Assembly (NCBI GenBank): GCA_963744145.1
Contig: CAVUSO010000001.1
Coordinates: forward strand, 6,944,001-7,008,000
Source: an uncultured cyanobacterium
GTDB taxonomy: Bacteria; Cyanobacteriota; Cyanobacteriia; Cyanobacteriales; CAWUOF01
Length of the DNA: 64,000 nucleotides
Reading direction: 5' to 3'
Below are positions 32,201 to 43,100 of this stretch, piece after piece; the stretch's first letter is position 1, and every line of letters begins with the position of its first letter. Made by a program: the position numbers and the translations under genes. The notes under the pieces are model-generated. The model searched no databases. It was not told where the DNA came from and worked only from the letters and a program-made list of their open reading frames with translations.

Positions 32201-35134
32201 GCCAATGGAAATGTGACTACTCCGTCGCTGACAATTCCGGGAAATAGCATTAATATTACTAGCAATTTAGGTCAAATTGATACTACTAATGGCACCCTTG
32301 ACACTAGCTCAACTGGTGCGGGGGGAGATGTAACTTTAACAGCAAATCATCTTGGTGTTATGACAGGTAATATTAATAGTAATTCGACCGGTAGTGGTCA
32401 AGGAGGAAATATCACTATTACCAGTGGGGATGCGATCGATACTACTCTAGGAACTCTAAATTCTAGTTCAGGGACAGGTCAAGGTGGAGATATTAACTTT
32501 AATGCAAATAGCAATATAAAAATCGCTAATCTCAATACGACTAGCAATGGTAGTGGAGCTGGGGGAAATATTACCCTGAATAGTAATGGCGGTTTAATTA
32601 CTAATATAACTGGGACAATTAATGCAACTGCAAATTCCGGTCATGGGGGAAATATATCCCTAAGGAGTGCTAGCGATATTATCATCAATAAGAATATCAA
32701 TAGCAGTTCTAATGGGACTGGAAACGGAGGAGATATTTCTTTAACTAGCACAAGCGGTGCAGTGAATATTAATTCTCTCAATTCAACCTCAGCATTTGGG
32801 AATGGTGGAAATTTAACAATTAATGCTGCTAACAATATTAAAGGATTGCTGCTCTTTGCTGATGCGACTAAAGGTCAGGGAGGAAATATTAGTCTCACTA
32901 GCACTACTGGAGCAATTAACATGAGTTCACTGAGTGCTAATTCTCATAATGCTCAAGGTGGAACCTTATTTCTCCAAGCGAGTGGGAATATCACCACGGG
33001 AGATTTAAGTGCTAAAGGGATTACGGGAATTAGTCAAGGTGGTCAGACTTCTATTATTAGTAAAAATGCCGCGATTGCGATTGGTAATATTACCACAACT
33101 GGTACTGCAAGTGGGGGAAATATATCGTTACAAGCTAGCAGCCAAATTGCGACTAAACAAATTAATTCTAGCAGTGTCAATGGAGCAGGTGGTAATGTCC
33201 TGATTGACCCCACGGGAGATGTGCAAGTGAGTAATATTAATACTGCTGGTCAGACAACGGGAGGTAATGTAGATATTACCGCAGGTAGATATTTGCGAGT
33301 AAATGTACCCCTAACTATAGCTAATTGCGGCATAGTGAGTATTTGTACAATTGGTAATAGTCAAGGTGGGAATATATTTCTCAGACATGGTGGTGATGGG
33401 GTGGTTCCATTTATCGTGGGAAATGCAACGATCAATGGTACAGCTAGTGCGATCGATAAAGGAAATGGGACAGAACAAAAGATTACGAGCGGTTCCTTCT
33501 TAGGAACTCAAGTACAAGATAACGGGACACTGGGAATTATTACTAAGACTCCTGCTATATCCACCCCAACAGCTGTACCAACACCAACATCAACCTTGGT
33601 AACATTTGTACCAACATCTACACCAACACCAATACCAATAACAACACCAACATCTACACCAACACCAATATCTACACCAACACCAACATCTACACCAACA
33701 CCAACATCTACACCAACACCAACATCTACACCAACACCAATAGAGGAGCATCAGAATAATTTAAACATTAATCCTGTCGATTTAACTAAATTACAAGATC
33801 AACTAGATCCTTTACCATTGGAGGAAAATGATCCTGCTCAAAATTTGGCAATTGATAAGTCAATGAGTCAAGAATATACCCAGTATTTTGGGCTAGCTAA
33901 TGTGGCCGAATTGAGTGTTAGTAAAATCCGAGAGTCTCTGACCAATATTGAAAACAATACTGGGGTTAAGCCCGCAGTTATTTATGTATTTTTTGCGCCT
34001 AGTACGATTACTCCTGTCCCTATTAATAGCGAAGTAAAAATTACTGAAAATCCATTAAAAGAACAAAATTTAGGTTTGTTAAGAGCGGCAATACCGGAAG
34101 CACAAGATCATTTAGAATTAATTTTAGTCACAGCGGATTATCACCCAATTCGCAAGTCCTTAAATGTGACTAGAGCCGAAGTTATTGCGACTGCTCAAAA
34201 ATTTCAGGATACTGTAGCTGACCAAAAAGTTACGCGAGCATATCTAGTACCCGCTCACCAAATGTATCAATGGTTAGTTGCTCCTTTAGAACAGAATTTA
34301 CAAAAATTAAATATTCAAAACTTAGTATATATCATGGATCAGAAGTTGCGGACTATACCTTTAGCGGCGATGCGCGATGGGAAAGGTTTTATAATTGAGC
34401 GCTACAGTGTGGGATTAATGCCAAGTTTTGCCCTGACTGACAAGAGTTACCATAATATTCACGATGCTCAATTATTGGCAATGGGTAGCACTAATTTCTC
34501 AGATATTTTTCATCTGGGTTCTTTACCATCAGTTAAAGAGGAAGTAAATTTGGCGCATCAAATTTGGAAAGGTAAATCTTTTCTGAATGACGAATTTACC
34601 CTGGAAACCTTAAAATCCCAACGAGAGCATAATCCCTTTAGAATCGTGCATTTAGCTACCCATGCTGACATTAATCCGGGTACAGCAGATGACTCTTATC
34701 TCTATTTTACGAAAGAAAGATTACCTCTGCCTAATTTACGTTCAATTAAGTGGAATAATCCCCCAGTGGAACTATTAGTTTTAAGTGCTTGTCAGACCGC
34801 AGTAGGAAATGATAATGTGGAGTTAGGTTTTGCCGGATTAGCAGTCCAATCTGGGGTGAAATCAGCCTTAGCTTCCTTATGGCATATTTCCGATGAAGGT
34901 ACTCTGGGATTAATGACGGAGTTTTACGAGCAACTGAAAACAGCACCAATTAAAGCCGAAGCTTTACGTCGCGCTCAGTTAGCAATGATGCGTGGTGCAG
35001 TGCGTTTAGAAGCTGGAAAATTAGTCACCAGTCAGCAATCTTTTCCCTTACCTCCTGAGTTAGTTGAGTTGCATCACCAATTCAGTCATCCTTATTATTG
35101 GAGTGGGTTTACCATTATTGGTAATCCTTGGTAA
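29222..35134 (+). CDS. Array copy C: intact TPS + 7-blade propeller + beta-helix + Pro/Thr + CHAT protease
   Basis: 1970 aa ORF; all motifs present, including HLATH and LSACQTA. Confidence 0.93.
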   Translation: MKHFLQIINGCLTIFSLGMICVNICPGLAQSIIPTRNATGTLVTPVGNKYNINGGTFSSDRTNLFHSFDQFGLSTGETANFISNPQIRNILGRVTGGNPSLINGLIQVTGGNSNLFLMNPAGIVFGSNASLNVPASFTATTATGIGFSNNQWFNAIGNNNYNNLIGTPSQFAFDFAKSGNIINAGNLTVPVGANLILLGGNVINTGQLTAPSGNITINAVPNQNIVKISQPGHILSLEITPPRDPTGQILPITPVDLPTLLTGTNNIDIGLSVNTSGNVQLNQSGIIFPNQQGLAITTGQISVAGITGNTIGGNVNVLGDKVGIFNSNIDASGTTGGGIVRIGGDYQGEGILPHATQTIVAADASINTNATATGNGGKVIVWSDNFTSYYGNITARGGRNGGDGGLVETSGKNLLIFTGGVDAGVTLGKPGTLLLDPKNITITNVNSPLVTLVNPNHVAGGQFGISVTATNDNKLLVGSYYNTSGGVSQAGQAFLFNSNGGLITTLDNPNPIINGQFGNQVAVASNNNLLISAPYNTSGGVIGAGQAFLFNSSGNLLRTLDNPNPVVNGAFGWSLAGVGSNLLIGAYGNTSLGGIPVAGQAFLFNSSGNLLRILDNPNPIITGGGAFGWSVAAAGNNLLISAPYNTSGGFTQAGQAFLFNSSGTLMQTLDNPNPVVNGQFGYLVTGVGNNLLIGAPYNTSGGFTQAGQAFLFNSSGTLMQTLDNPNPVVNGSFGISVAGVGSNLLIGAYGNKSGGLTGAGQAFLFNSNNSHINNGLLQTFDNPNPIAGGSFGISVAAAGNNLLIGANSNGVSGEGQAFLISPTYPGVLSFNDNPSASVNVDPINITNVTNRGTNVVLQAHNDLTVAQPVTTSAGGNGGALTLQAGRSILVNANITTDNGNLTLVANETAANGVLSQYRDPGFANITVAPGIILNSGTGDTTIRINTGAAIGSGGNISLQNIIANNLLVENFGFGNSNITLNTPLTSTGNITLTANGNVTTPSLTIPGNSINITSNLGQIDTTNGTLDTSSTGAGGDVTLTANHLGVMTGNINSNSTGSGQGGNITITSGDAIDTTLGTLNSSSGTGQGGDINFNANSNIKIANLNTTSNGSGAGGNITLNSNGGLITNITGTINATANSGHGGNISLRSASDIIINKNINSSSNGTGNGGDISLTSTSGAVNINSLNSTSAFGNGGNLTINAANNIKGLLLFADATKGQGGNISLTSTTGAINMSSLSANSHNAQGGTLFLQASGNITTGDLSAKGITGISQGGQTSIISKNAAIAIGNITTTGTASGGNISLQASSQIATKQINSSSVNGAGGNVLIDPTGDVQVSNINTAGQTTGGNVDITAGRYLRVNVPLTIANCGIVSICTIGNSQGGNIFLRHGGDGVVPFIVGNATINGTASAIDKGNGTEQKITSGSFLGTQVQDNGTLGIITKTPAISTPTAVPTPTSTLVTFVPTSTPTPIPITTPTSTPTPISTPTPTSTPTPTSTPTPTSTPTPIEEHQNNLNINPVDLTKLQDQLDPLPLEENDPAQNLAIDKSMSQEYTQYFGLANVAELSVSKIRESLTNIENNTGVKPAVIYVFFAPSTITPVPINSEVKITENPLKEQNLGLLRAAIPEAQDHLELILVTADYHPIRKSLNVTRAEVIATAQKFQDTVADQKVTRAYLVPAHQMYQWLVAPLEQNLQKLNIQNLVYIMDQKLRTIPLAAMRDGKGFIIERYSVGLMPSFALTDKSYHNIHDAQLLAMGSTNFSDIFHLGSLPSVKEEVNLAHQIWKGKSFLNDEFTLETLKSQREHNPFRIVHLATHADINPGTADDSYLYFTKERLPLPNLRSIKWNNPPVELLVLSACQTAVGNDNVELGFAGLAVQSGVKSALASLWHISDEGTLGLMTEFYEQLKTAPIKAEALRRAQLAMMRGAVRLEAGKLVTSQQSFPLPPELVELHHQFSHPYYWSGFTIIGNPW

Positions 35135-35185
35135 ATTCACCGACTCGATCGACCTTGGTCTTTGGACCATCCCCAATGGTAACCT

Positions 35186-38100
35186 ATGAAACATTTTCTC
35201 CAGATTATTAACGGGTGCTTAACAATTTTCCCGCTAGGGATGATATGTGCTAATATTTGTCCTGGGTTAGCACAATCCATTATCCCGACTCGTAACGCTA
35301 CAAACACCTTAGTGACCCCAGTAGGGAATAAATATAATATTAACGGTGGGATGCTCTCGGGCGATCGCACCAACTTATTCCATAGCTTTGATAAATTTGG
35401 ACTTTCCACAGGTGAAACCGCCAATTTTATTTCTAGTCCAGGAATTCGCAATATTTTAGGGAGAGTTACGGGAGGAAATCCATCCTTAATTAACGGACTC
35501 ATTCAAGTAACGGGAGGGAATTCTAACTTATTTTTAATCAATCCTGCGGGAATTGTATTTGGCTCTAATGCGAGGTTAAATGTGCCCGCATCTTTTACCG
35601 CAACCACAGCAACAGGAATGGGATTTAGTAATAATCAATGGTTCAATGCGATCGGGGATAATAATTATCATAATTTAATCGGAACACCATCTCAATTTGC
35701 TTTTGATTTAGCCAAATCGGGAAATATTATCAACGCGGGAAAATTAACCGTACCAGTTGGAGCAAATTTAACCTTACTAGGTGGTAATGTAATTAATACT
35801 GGACAACTAACAGCACCGACTGGAAATATTACTATTAATGCTGTGCCAAATCAGAATATAGTAAAAATTTCGCAACCTGGACATATATTAAGTTTAGAAA
35901 TTACACCACCGCGAGATACTACTGGACAAATATTACCGATCGCTCCCGTCGATTTACCGACTTTACTAACAGGAACAGCCAATAATATAGAGACAGGTTT
36001 GAGTGTTAATTCCACGGGTAATGTGCAGTTAAACCAGTCTGGCACAATTTTACCTAATGTTCCAGGTTTAGCGATCGCAACAGGGAATATTTCAGTAGCA
36101 GGAATAACCGCAAATGCGGGAGGGGGAAATGTCAATATTTTCGGAGACAAAGTAGGAGTATTTAATAGCAATATAGATGCTTCTGGTGTTGCGGGAGGGG
36201 GAACAGTAAAAATTGGTGGCGATTTTCAAGGAGGGGGAACTTTACCCCACGCTACTCAAACTATTGTTGCAGCAGATACCAATATTAATGCTAATGCTAC
36301 AGCCACAGGAAATGGTGGCAAAGTAATAGTATGGTCTGATAATTTTACCAGTGATTATGGCAATATTAATGCTCGTGGTGGTGTAAAAAGTGGTGATGGT
36401 GGTTTAGTCGAAGTTTCGGGCAAAGATTTACTAATTTTTACAGGAGGAGTAAATGCAGGAGCAACGGTAGGTAAACCAGGAACATTACTGCTTGATCCCA
36501 AAAATATCACCATTACTAATGTTAGCTCACCTTTAGCAACGATATTAAACCCGAACCCTGTAAACCTAGGTGGTTTTGGCATTTCAGTAGCTTCCAATAA
36601 TAGCAATCTGTTGATCGGGGCACCAGCTAATACATCAGGGGGAGTCACTACCGCAGGACAAGCCTATTTATTTAACACCAGTGGGGGACTATTACAAACT
36701 TTCAATAACCCCAATCCAGTTAAAAATAGCTTCTTTGGCAACTCAGTTGCTATATCGGGCAGCAACCTGTTAATCGGGGCACTAGCTAATACATCAGGGG
36801 GAGTCACTACCGCAGGACAAGCCTATTTATTTAACACCAGTGGAGGACTATTACAAACTTTCAATAACCCCAATCCGGTCAAAAATGGCTACTTTGGTAA
36901 TTCAGTTGCTATATTGGGCAGCAACCTGTTAATCGGGGCACCAGCTAACACATCGGGGGGAGTCACTACCGCAGGACAAGCCTATTTATTTAACACCAGT
37001 GGGGGACTATTACAAACTTTTAATAATCCCAATCCAGTTAAAAATGGCTTCTTTGGTAGTTCAGTTGCCCTATCCAATAGTAACCTCCTAATTGGGGCAA
37101 ATGGTAACACATCAAAGGGAGTTCCTACTGCTGGACAAGCTTATTTATTTAACACCAGTGGGGGGCTACTACAAACTTTCAATAACCCCAATCCTGTCTT
37201 ACTTGGCTACTTTGGTACTTCAGTTGCGATATCAGGTAGCAACCTGTTGATCGGGGCAATTGGTAACACCTCGGGAGGAATCTCAGGAGCAGGACAAGCC
37301 TATTTATTTAACAGCAGTGGAGGACTATTACAAACTTTCAATAACCCCAATCCGGTCAAAAATGGCTATTTTGGCACTTCAGTGGCGATGTCGGGCAGTA
37401 ACCTGTTGATCGGGGCAATTGGCAATACATCAGGGGGAGTTTCCACCGCAGGGCAAGCCTTTTTGTTTAACACTAATGGTAATCTACTACAAACTCTTAA
37501 TAGTCCAAATCCTCAAACTGCAAATGCTATCAATTTTGGCTCATCAGTCATTCCCAATCTTGGCAATTTTGGGTCATCAGTTGCTTTTGTAAACAGCAAT
37601 ATATTGGTAGGATCTGCTTTAGAAAAATCAGGAGGAGTAGCAAATGCAGGAAACAGCTATTTAATGGCTGCTGCTTATCCGGGTGCTTTATCTTTTAGTG
37701 ACAATCCTAGTGCTTCGGTTAATGTTGATCCTAGCGATATTACTAGAGTTACTAATACGGGTACTAATGTGGTATTACAAGCTAATAATGATATTACCGT
37801 TGCTCAATCAGTGATTAGTTCGGCGATCGGAAAGGGTGGAGCAATTACCCTGCAAGCAGGACGTAGTATTCTAGTTAATGCAAATATCACTACGGATAAC
37901 GGAAATTTAACTCTAGTTGCTAACGAAACTACGGCTAATGGAGTGCAAAGTCAATATCGAGATTCGGGTTTGGGTAATATTACGGTTGCGTCTGGAGTAA
38001 CACTTAACTCTGGTACAGGTGATACCACAATTCGGATTAATACAGGTACAACTACAGATAGTGGTGGTAATATTAGTCTGCAAAATATCACGGCTAAAAA

Positions 38101-40042
38101 TCTGCTCGTCGAGAATTTAGGAGCTAGTAACAGCAATATTATCTTAAATACTGCCCTTACTCCGACTGGAAATATTACTTTAACTGCTAATGGTGATGTG
38201 ACTACTCAGTCAATTAAAACTCCTAATAATATTAGTATTACTAGCAATTTAGGTCAAATTACTACCAAAAACATTGATTCGAGTAGTACCACTGGTATAG
38301 GTGGTAATCTGCTAATTAAAGCAATCGGAGATGTGCAAATTAGTAGTATTAATACCTCTGGTGGAACAACTGGAGGTAATGTCGATATTACGACTGGTAA
38401 ATATTTGCGAGTGAATAATTCGTTAACTACAGCTAATTGTGGAACGGTGAGTATTTGTACAATTGGTAATACTCAAGGGGGGAGTATTTTGCTCCGACAT
38501 GGTGGTGATGGTATTATACCTTTTATAGTTGGAGATGCTACCCAAAATGGTACAGCTAGTGCAATATATAAGGGAAATAGTCCGGAACAAAAGATTACTA
38601 GCGGTTCGTTCTTAGTGACTCAATTGCAAGATAATGGTAGATTGGGAATTATTACCAATGCTGCTCTTAATTCCGTAGATTTAACTACTTCACAAAGTAC
38701 AATAGGTGCAGTAAATAGTTTACCATTAAGTCCAAATACTACTTCCCAAGATTTGTCAACTGATAAATCAATGAGTAAAGAATTTACTCAGTATTTTGGA
38801 TTACCTGATGTCCCAGCAATTAGCAATAGTAAAATTCAAAAATCTCTGCTCAATGTCGAAAATGATACGGGGATTAAACCCGCAGTTATTTATGTATTTT
38901 TTGTTCCTAGTAGCATTACTCCAGTACCTAATAATCAGCAGTTAAATATTTCTGAAAATACCTTAAAAAACCAAAATTTTGATTTATTAAGAGCGACAAT
39001 ACCCGACGACCAAGATCATTTAGAATTAATTTTAATAGCCCAGGGTTATAAACCGATTCGCAAGTCATTAAATGCGACTAGAACAGAAGTTCTCGCTACT
39101 GCCAAAAATTTTCAAGCTACTGTAGCAAGTAAAATCAATGTAGCAGAATATATGGTTCCCGCTCAACAAATGTATCAATGGCTAGTAGCCCCTTTAGAAA
39201 ATGATTTACAAAAATTAAAGATTCAAAACTTAGTATATATAATGGATCGGGATCTTCGCACCCTTCCTTTAGCAGCAATGTATGATGGTAAAGGCTTTAT
39301 TATTGAACGCTATAGCGTCGGTTTAATGCCAAGTATTGCTCTAACTGATACCAGTTATAAGAATCTTAATAATGCCCAATTATTGGCAATGGGCAGTGCT
39401 AATTTCTCGGAAAGTTTCCATCTAGACTCTTTACCAGCAGCAGCAGAGGAAATAAATTTGGCTAATCAAATTTGGGGAGGGAAGTCTTTTCTAAATGACC
39501 AATTTACCCTGGAAAACTTAAAATCTCAACGAGAACATAATCCCTTTCGGATCGTCCATTTAGCTACTCATGCTGATTTTAATCCCGGTTTAGCTAAAGA
39601 TTCTTATATTTATTTTGCTCAGGAAAGATTACCACTACCTAATTTACGTTCTATTAAGTGGAATAATCCCCCAGTGGAACTATTAATTTTAAGTGCTTGT
39701 CGAACTGCGATCGGTGATGAAGATGCAGAATTAGGTTTTGCTGGATTAGCAGTCCAAACTGGAGTGAAATCAGCACTAGCATCCCTTTGGTATATTTCTG
39801 ATGAAGGTACTCTGGGATTAATGACAGAGTTTTACGAGCAATTAAAAACAGCACCAATTAAAGCTGAAGCTTTACGTCGCGCTCAGTTAGCAATGATGCG
39901 AGGTGAAGTGCGTTTGGAAGGAGGAAAATTAGTCACCAATCAACAATCTTTTCCCTTACCTCCTGCGATCGCTAATTTACATCACCAATTAAGACATCCT
40001 TATTATTGGAGTGGATTTACGATTATTGGTAATCCTTGGTAA
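35186..40042 (+). CDS. Array copy D: intact short variant lacking ~291 aa of beta-helix and the Pro/Thr linker
   Basis: 1618 aa ORF; junction SNLGQI|TTKNIDSS; CHAT motifs HLATH and LSACRTA. Confidence 0.93.
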   Translation: MKHFLQIINGCLTIFPLGMICANICPGLAQSIIPTRNATNTLVTPVGNKYNINGGMLSGDRTNLFHSFDKFGLSTGETANFISSPGIRNILGRVTGGNPSLINGLIQVTGGNSNLFLINPAGIVFGSNARLNVPASFTATTATGMGFSNNQWFNAIGDNNYHNLIGTPSQFAFDLAKSGNIINAGKLTVPVGANLTLLGGNVINTGQLTAPTGNITINAVPNQNIVKISQPGHILSLEITPPRDTTGQILPIAPVDLPTLLTGTANNIETGLSVNSTGNVQLNQSGTILPNVPGLAIATGNISVAGITANAGGGNVNIFGDKVGVFNSNIDASGVAGGGTVKIGGDFQGGGTLPHATQTIVAADTNINANATATGNGGKVIVWSDNFTSDYGNINARGGVKSGDGGLVEVSGKDLLIFTGGVNAGATVGKPGTLLLDPKNITITNVSSPLATILNPNPVNLGGFGISVASNNSNLLIGAPANTSGGVTTAGQAYLFNTSGGLLQTFNNPNPVKNSFFGNSVAISGSNLLIGALANTSGGVTTAGQAYLFNTSGGLLQTFNNPNPVKNGYFGNSVAILGSNLLIGAPANTSGGVTTAGQAYLFNTSGGLLQTFNNPNPVKNGFFGSSVALSNSNLLIGANGNTSKGVPTAGQAYLFNTSGGLLQTFNNPNPVLLGYFGTSVAISGSNLLIGAIGNTSGGISGAGQAYLFNSSGGLLQTFNNPNPVKNGYFGTSVAMSGSNLLIGAIGNTSGGVSTAGQAFLFNTNGNLLQTLNSPNPQTANAINFGSSVIPNLGNFGSSVAFVNSNILVGSALEKSGGVANAGNSYLMAAAYPGALSFSDNPSASVNVDPSDITRVTNTGTNVVLQANNDITVAQSVISSAIGKGGAITLQAGRSILVNANITTDNGNLTLVANETTANGVQSQYRDSGLGNITVASGVTLNSGTGDTTIRINTGTTTDSGGNISLQNITAKNLLVENLGASNSNIILNTALTPTGNITLTANGDVTTQSIKTPNNISITSNLGQITTKNIDSSSTTGIGGNLLIKAIGDVQISSINTSGGTTGGNVDITTGKYLRVNNSLTTANCGTVSICTIGNTQGGSILLRHGGDGIIPFIVGDATQNGTASAIYKGNSPEQKITSGSFLVTQLQDNGRLGIITNAALNSVDLTTSQSTIGAVNSLPLSPNTTSQDLSTDKSMSKEFTQYFGLPDVPAISNSKIQKSLLNVENDTGIKPAVIYVFFVPSSITPVPNNQQLNISENTLKNQNFDLLRATIPDDQDHLELILIAQGYKPIRKSLNATRTEVLATAKNFQATVASKINVAEYMVPAQQMYQWLVAPLENDLQKLKIQNLVYIMDRDLRTLPLAAMYDGKGFIIERYSVGLMPSIALTDTSYKNLNNAQLLAMGSANFSESFHLDSLPAAAEEINLANQIWGGKSFLNDQFTLENLKSQREHNPFRIVHLATHADFNPGLAKDSYIYFAQERLPLPNLRSIKWNNPPVELLILSACRTAIGDEDAELGFAGLAVQTGVKSALASLWYISDEGTLGLMTEFYEQLKTAPIKAEALRRAQLAMMRGEVRLEGGKLVTNQQSFPLPPAIANLHHQLRHPYYWSGFTIIGNPW

Positions 40043-40155
40043 ATTAATCGGTTTTATTGAGCTTTGTCTTTGGATCATTTACTCTTGCAGGATGGGAACG
40101 CAAGGTATGATCTAGATCAGCTCTTGTTGAGGATTACCAAATTCACCCATTATTT

Positions 40156-43100
40156 ATGATGATGAAACATTTGATCAAGATTATTAACGGGTATTTAATA
40201 ATTTTCCCTGTAGCAATACTATTTACTAGTATTTGTCCTGGATTAGCACAATCTATTATCCCGACTCGCAACGCTACAGGTACATTAGTGACACCAGTAG
40301 GTAATAAATACAATATTAATGGCGGTACTCTTTCGGGCGATCGCACCAATTTATTCCATAGTTTTGACCAATTCGGACTTTCCGCAGGTGAAACCGTCAA
40401 TTTTATTTCTAATCCCCAAATTCGGAATATTTTAGGTAGAATTAGCGGAGGAAATCCTTCCTTAATTAACGGATTAATTCAAGTTACGGGAGGGAATTCT
40501 AACTTATTTTTAATCAACCCTGTGGGCTTAGTATTTGGCCCAAATGCCAGGTTAAATGTGCCCGCATCTTTTACCGCAACGACAGCAACAGCGATCGGAT
40601 TTAGCAATAATCAATGGTTCAATGCGATCGGCAATAATAACTATAACAACTTAATTGGAACACCATCACAATTTGCCTTTGATTTAGTTAAATCGGGAAA
40701 TATTATCAACGCGGGAAACTTAAGAGTACCAACGGGAGAAAATTTAACCTTACTAGGTGGTAATGTAATTAATACCGGGCAACTGACCGCACCTGGGGGA
40801 AATATTACGATTAATGCTGTGCCCAATCAGAATATAGTAAAAATATCTCAACCTGGAAATATCCTCAGTTTAGAAATCACACCACCCAGAGATCCGAGCG
40901 GACAAATCTTGCCGATCGCTCCCGTCGATTTACCAACTTTGCTAACAGGAACAGCCAATAATATAGGCACAGGTTTGAGTGTCAATCCTCCTGGTAATGT
41001 CCAATTAAATCAGTCAGGAATTATTTTACCAAATCAGCAAGGTTTAACAATTACATCAGGTCATATTTCGGTAGCAGGAATACCCGGAAATACCGTGGGT
41101 GGAAATATCAATATTTTGGGTGACAAAATCGGATTATTTAATAGCAATATAGATGCTTCAGGTGCGGTGGGAGGGGGAACAGTAAAAATCGGTGGTGATC
41201 ATCAAGGAGGGGGAACCTTACCTCATGCTACCCAAACTATTATTGCTCCTAATGCAACCATCAATGCTAATGCCACAGTAACAGGAAATGGTGGCAAAGT
41301 AATAGTTTGGTCAGATAATTTCACCAGTTATTATGGCAATATCACCGCTCGTGGTGGCGTCAAGGTCGGCGATGGTGGTCTAGTTGAAGTTTCAGGCAAA
41401 GACTTACTAATTTTTACTGGAGGAGTAGATGCAGGAGTAAATCTAGGTAAACCAGGAACATTACTCCTTGATCCTAAAAATATCACTATTACTAATGCTA
41501 GTTCACCCCTAGTAACATTCTTAAACCCTAACCCTGTCAGTACAGGCAGTTTCGGTTTTGCAGTAGCTTCAGAGGGCAATAATCTGCTCATCGGAGCGCA
41601 ATTTAATACATCAGGGGGAGTCGCAAATGCGGGGCAAGCCTATTTATTTAACACCAGTGGGGGACTGCTGCAAACTTTCAATAATCCCAATCCTGTATCA
41701 GGTGGCTTTTTTGGCAATTCAGTAGCTATATCTGGTAACAACCTGTTGATTGGAGCACCGAATAACACCTTTGGGGGATTTACAACTGTAGGACAAGCAT
41801 TTTTGTTTAACACCAGTGGGGGATTGCTGCAAACTTTCAATAACCCTAATCCTATAGCAAATGGGCTTTTCAGTCAATCAGTAGCTATATCTGGTAGCAA
41901 TCTGTTGATCGGGGCACCGGGAAACAAATTAGGGGCGGTGACAGGAGCAGGGCAAGCCTACTTGTTTAATACTAATGGGGGGCTGCTGCAAACTTTCAAT
42001 AATCCTCATCCAGTCACACCTGGCAGTTTTGGCTATACAGTAGCTATATCCGACAGCAATCTGTTGATTGGGGCAATTGGCAATACATCGGGGGGAGTCC
42101 CATTGGCAGGTCAAGCCTTTTTGTTTAACACCAGTGGGGGGCTATTGCAAACTTTCGATAACCCCAATCCAATCACACCTGGCAGTTTTGGTTATTCAGT
42201 AGCTATATCAGGAAGCAACCTGTTGATCGGAGCGCAATATAACAACTCCTCGGGAGGAGTCTCAGGAGCAGGGCAAGCCTTTTTATTTAACACCAGTGGG
42301 AGGCTATTGCAAACATTCGATAACCCCTATCCCATACCAAGCGGCAACTTTGGTTTTTCAGTAGCTATATCTGGCAACAACCTGTTGATTGGGGCAATAA
42401 ATAATAATAATATACCGCTAGGAGTCCCAGGAGCAGGACAAGCATTTTTATTTAACAGTAGCGGCAATTTACTGCAAACATTAGAGAGTCCAACACCGGA
42501 ATCATCGGGTCAGTTTGGCTATTCAGTTACTCCTGTAGGTAATAATTTCTTGATCGGAGCTAACTATGAAACATCGGGAGGACAACTGGGTGCAGGAAAT
42601 ACCTATTTAATGGCTGCTGCTTACCCTACTGCTCTGTCTTTTAGTGATAATCCCAGTCAATCAATAAATGTTAATCCTGCTGATATTACTCGTGTCACCA
42701 ATACAGGCACTAATGTCGTACTCCAAGCACACAATGATATTACTGTTGCCCAACCAGTTATTACCTCTGCGGGGGGAAATGGTGGTGCATTTACTCTCCA
42801 AGCAGGACGCAGTATTTTAGTTAATGCTAACATCACTACGGATAATGGAAATTTAACTCTAGTTGCTAACGAAACTGCTGCTAATGGAGTGCAAAGTCAA
42901 TATCGAGATTCTGGTTTTGCTAATATTACTGTTGCACCTGGAGTAACACTTAATTCTGGTACAGGTGATACCACGATTCGGATTAATACGGGTACGGCTA
43001 CAGGTAGTAGTGGTAATATTAGTTTACAAAATATCACTGCAAAAAATTTGCTCGTTGAGAATTTAGGGTTTGGTAATAGCAGCATTATCTTAAATAATAC

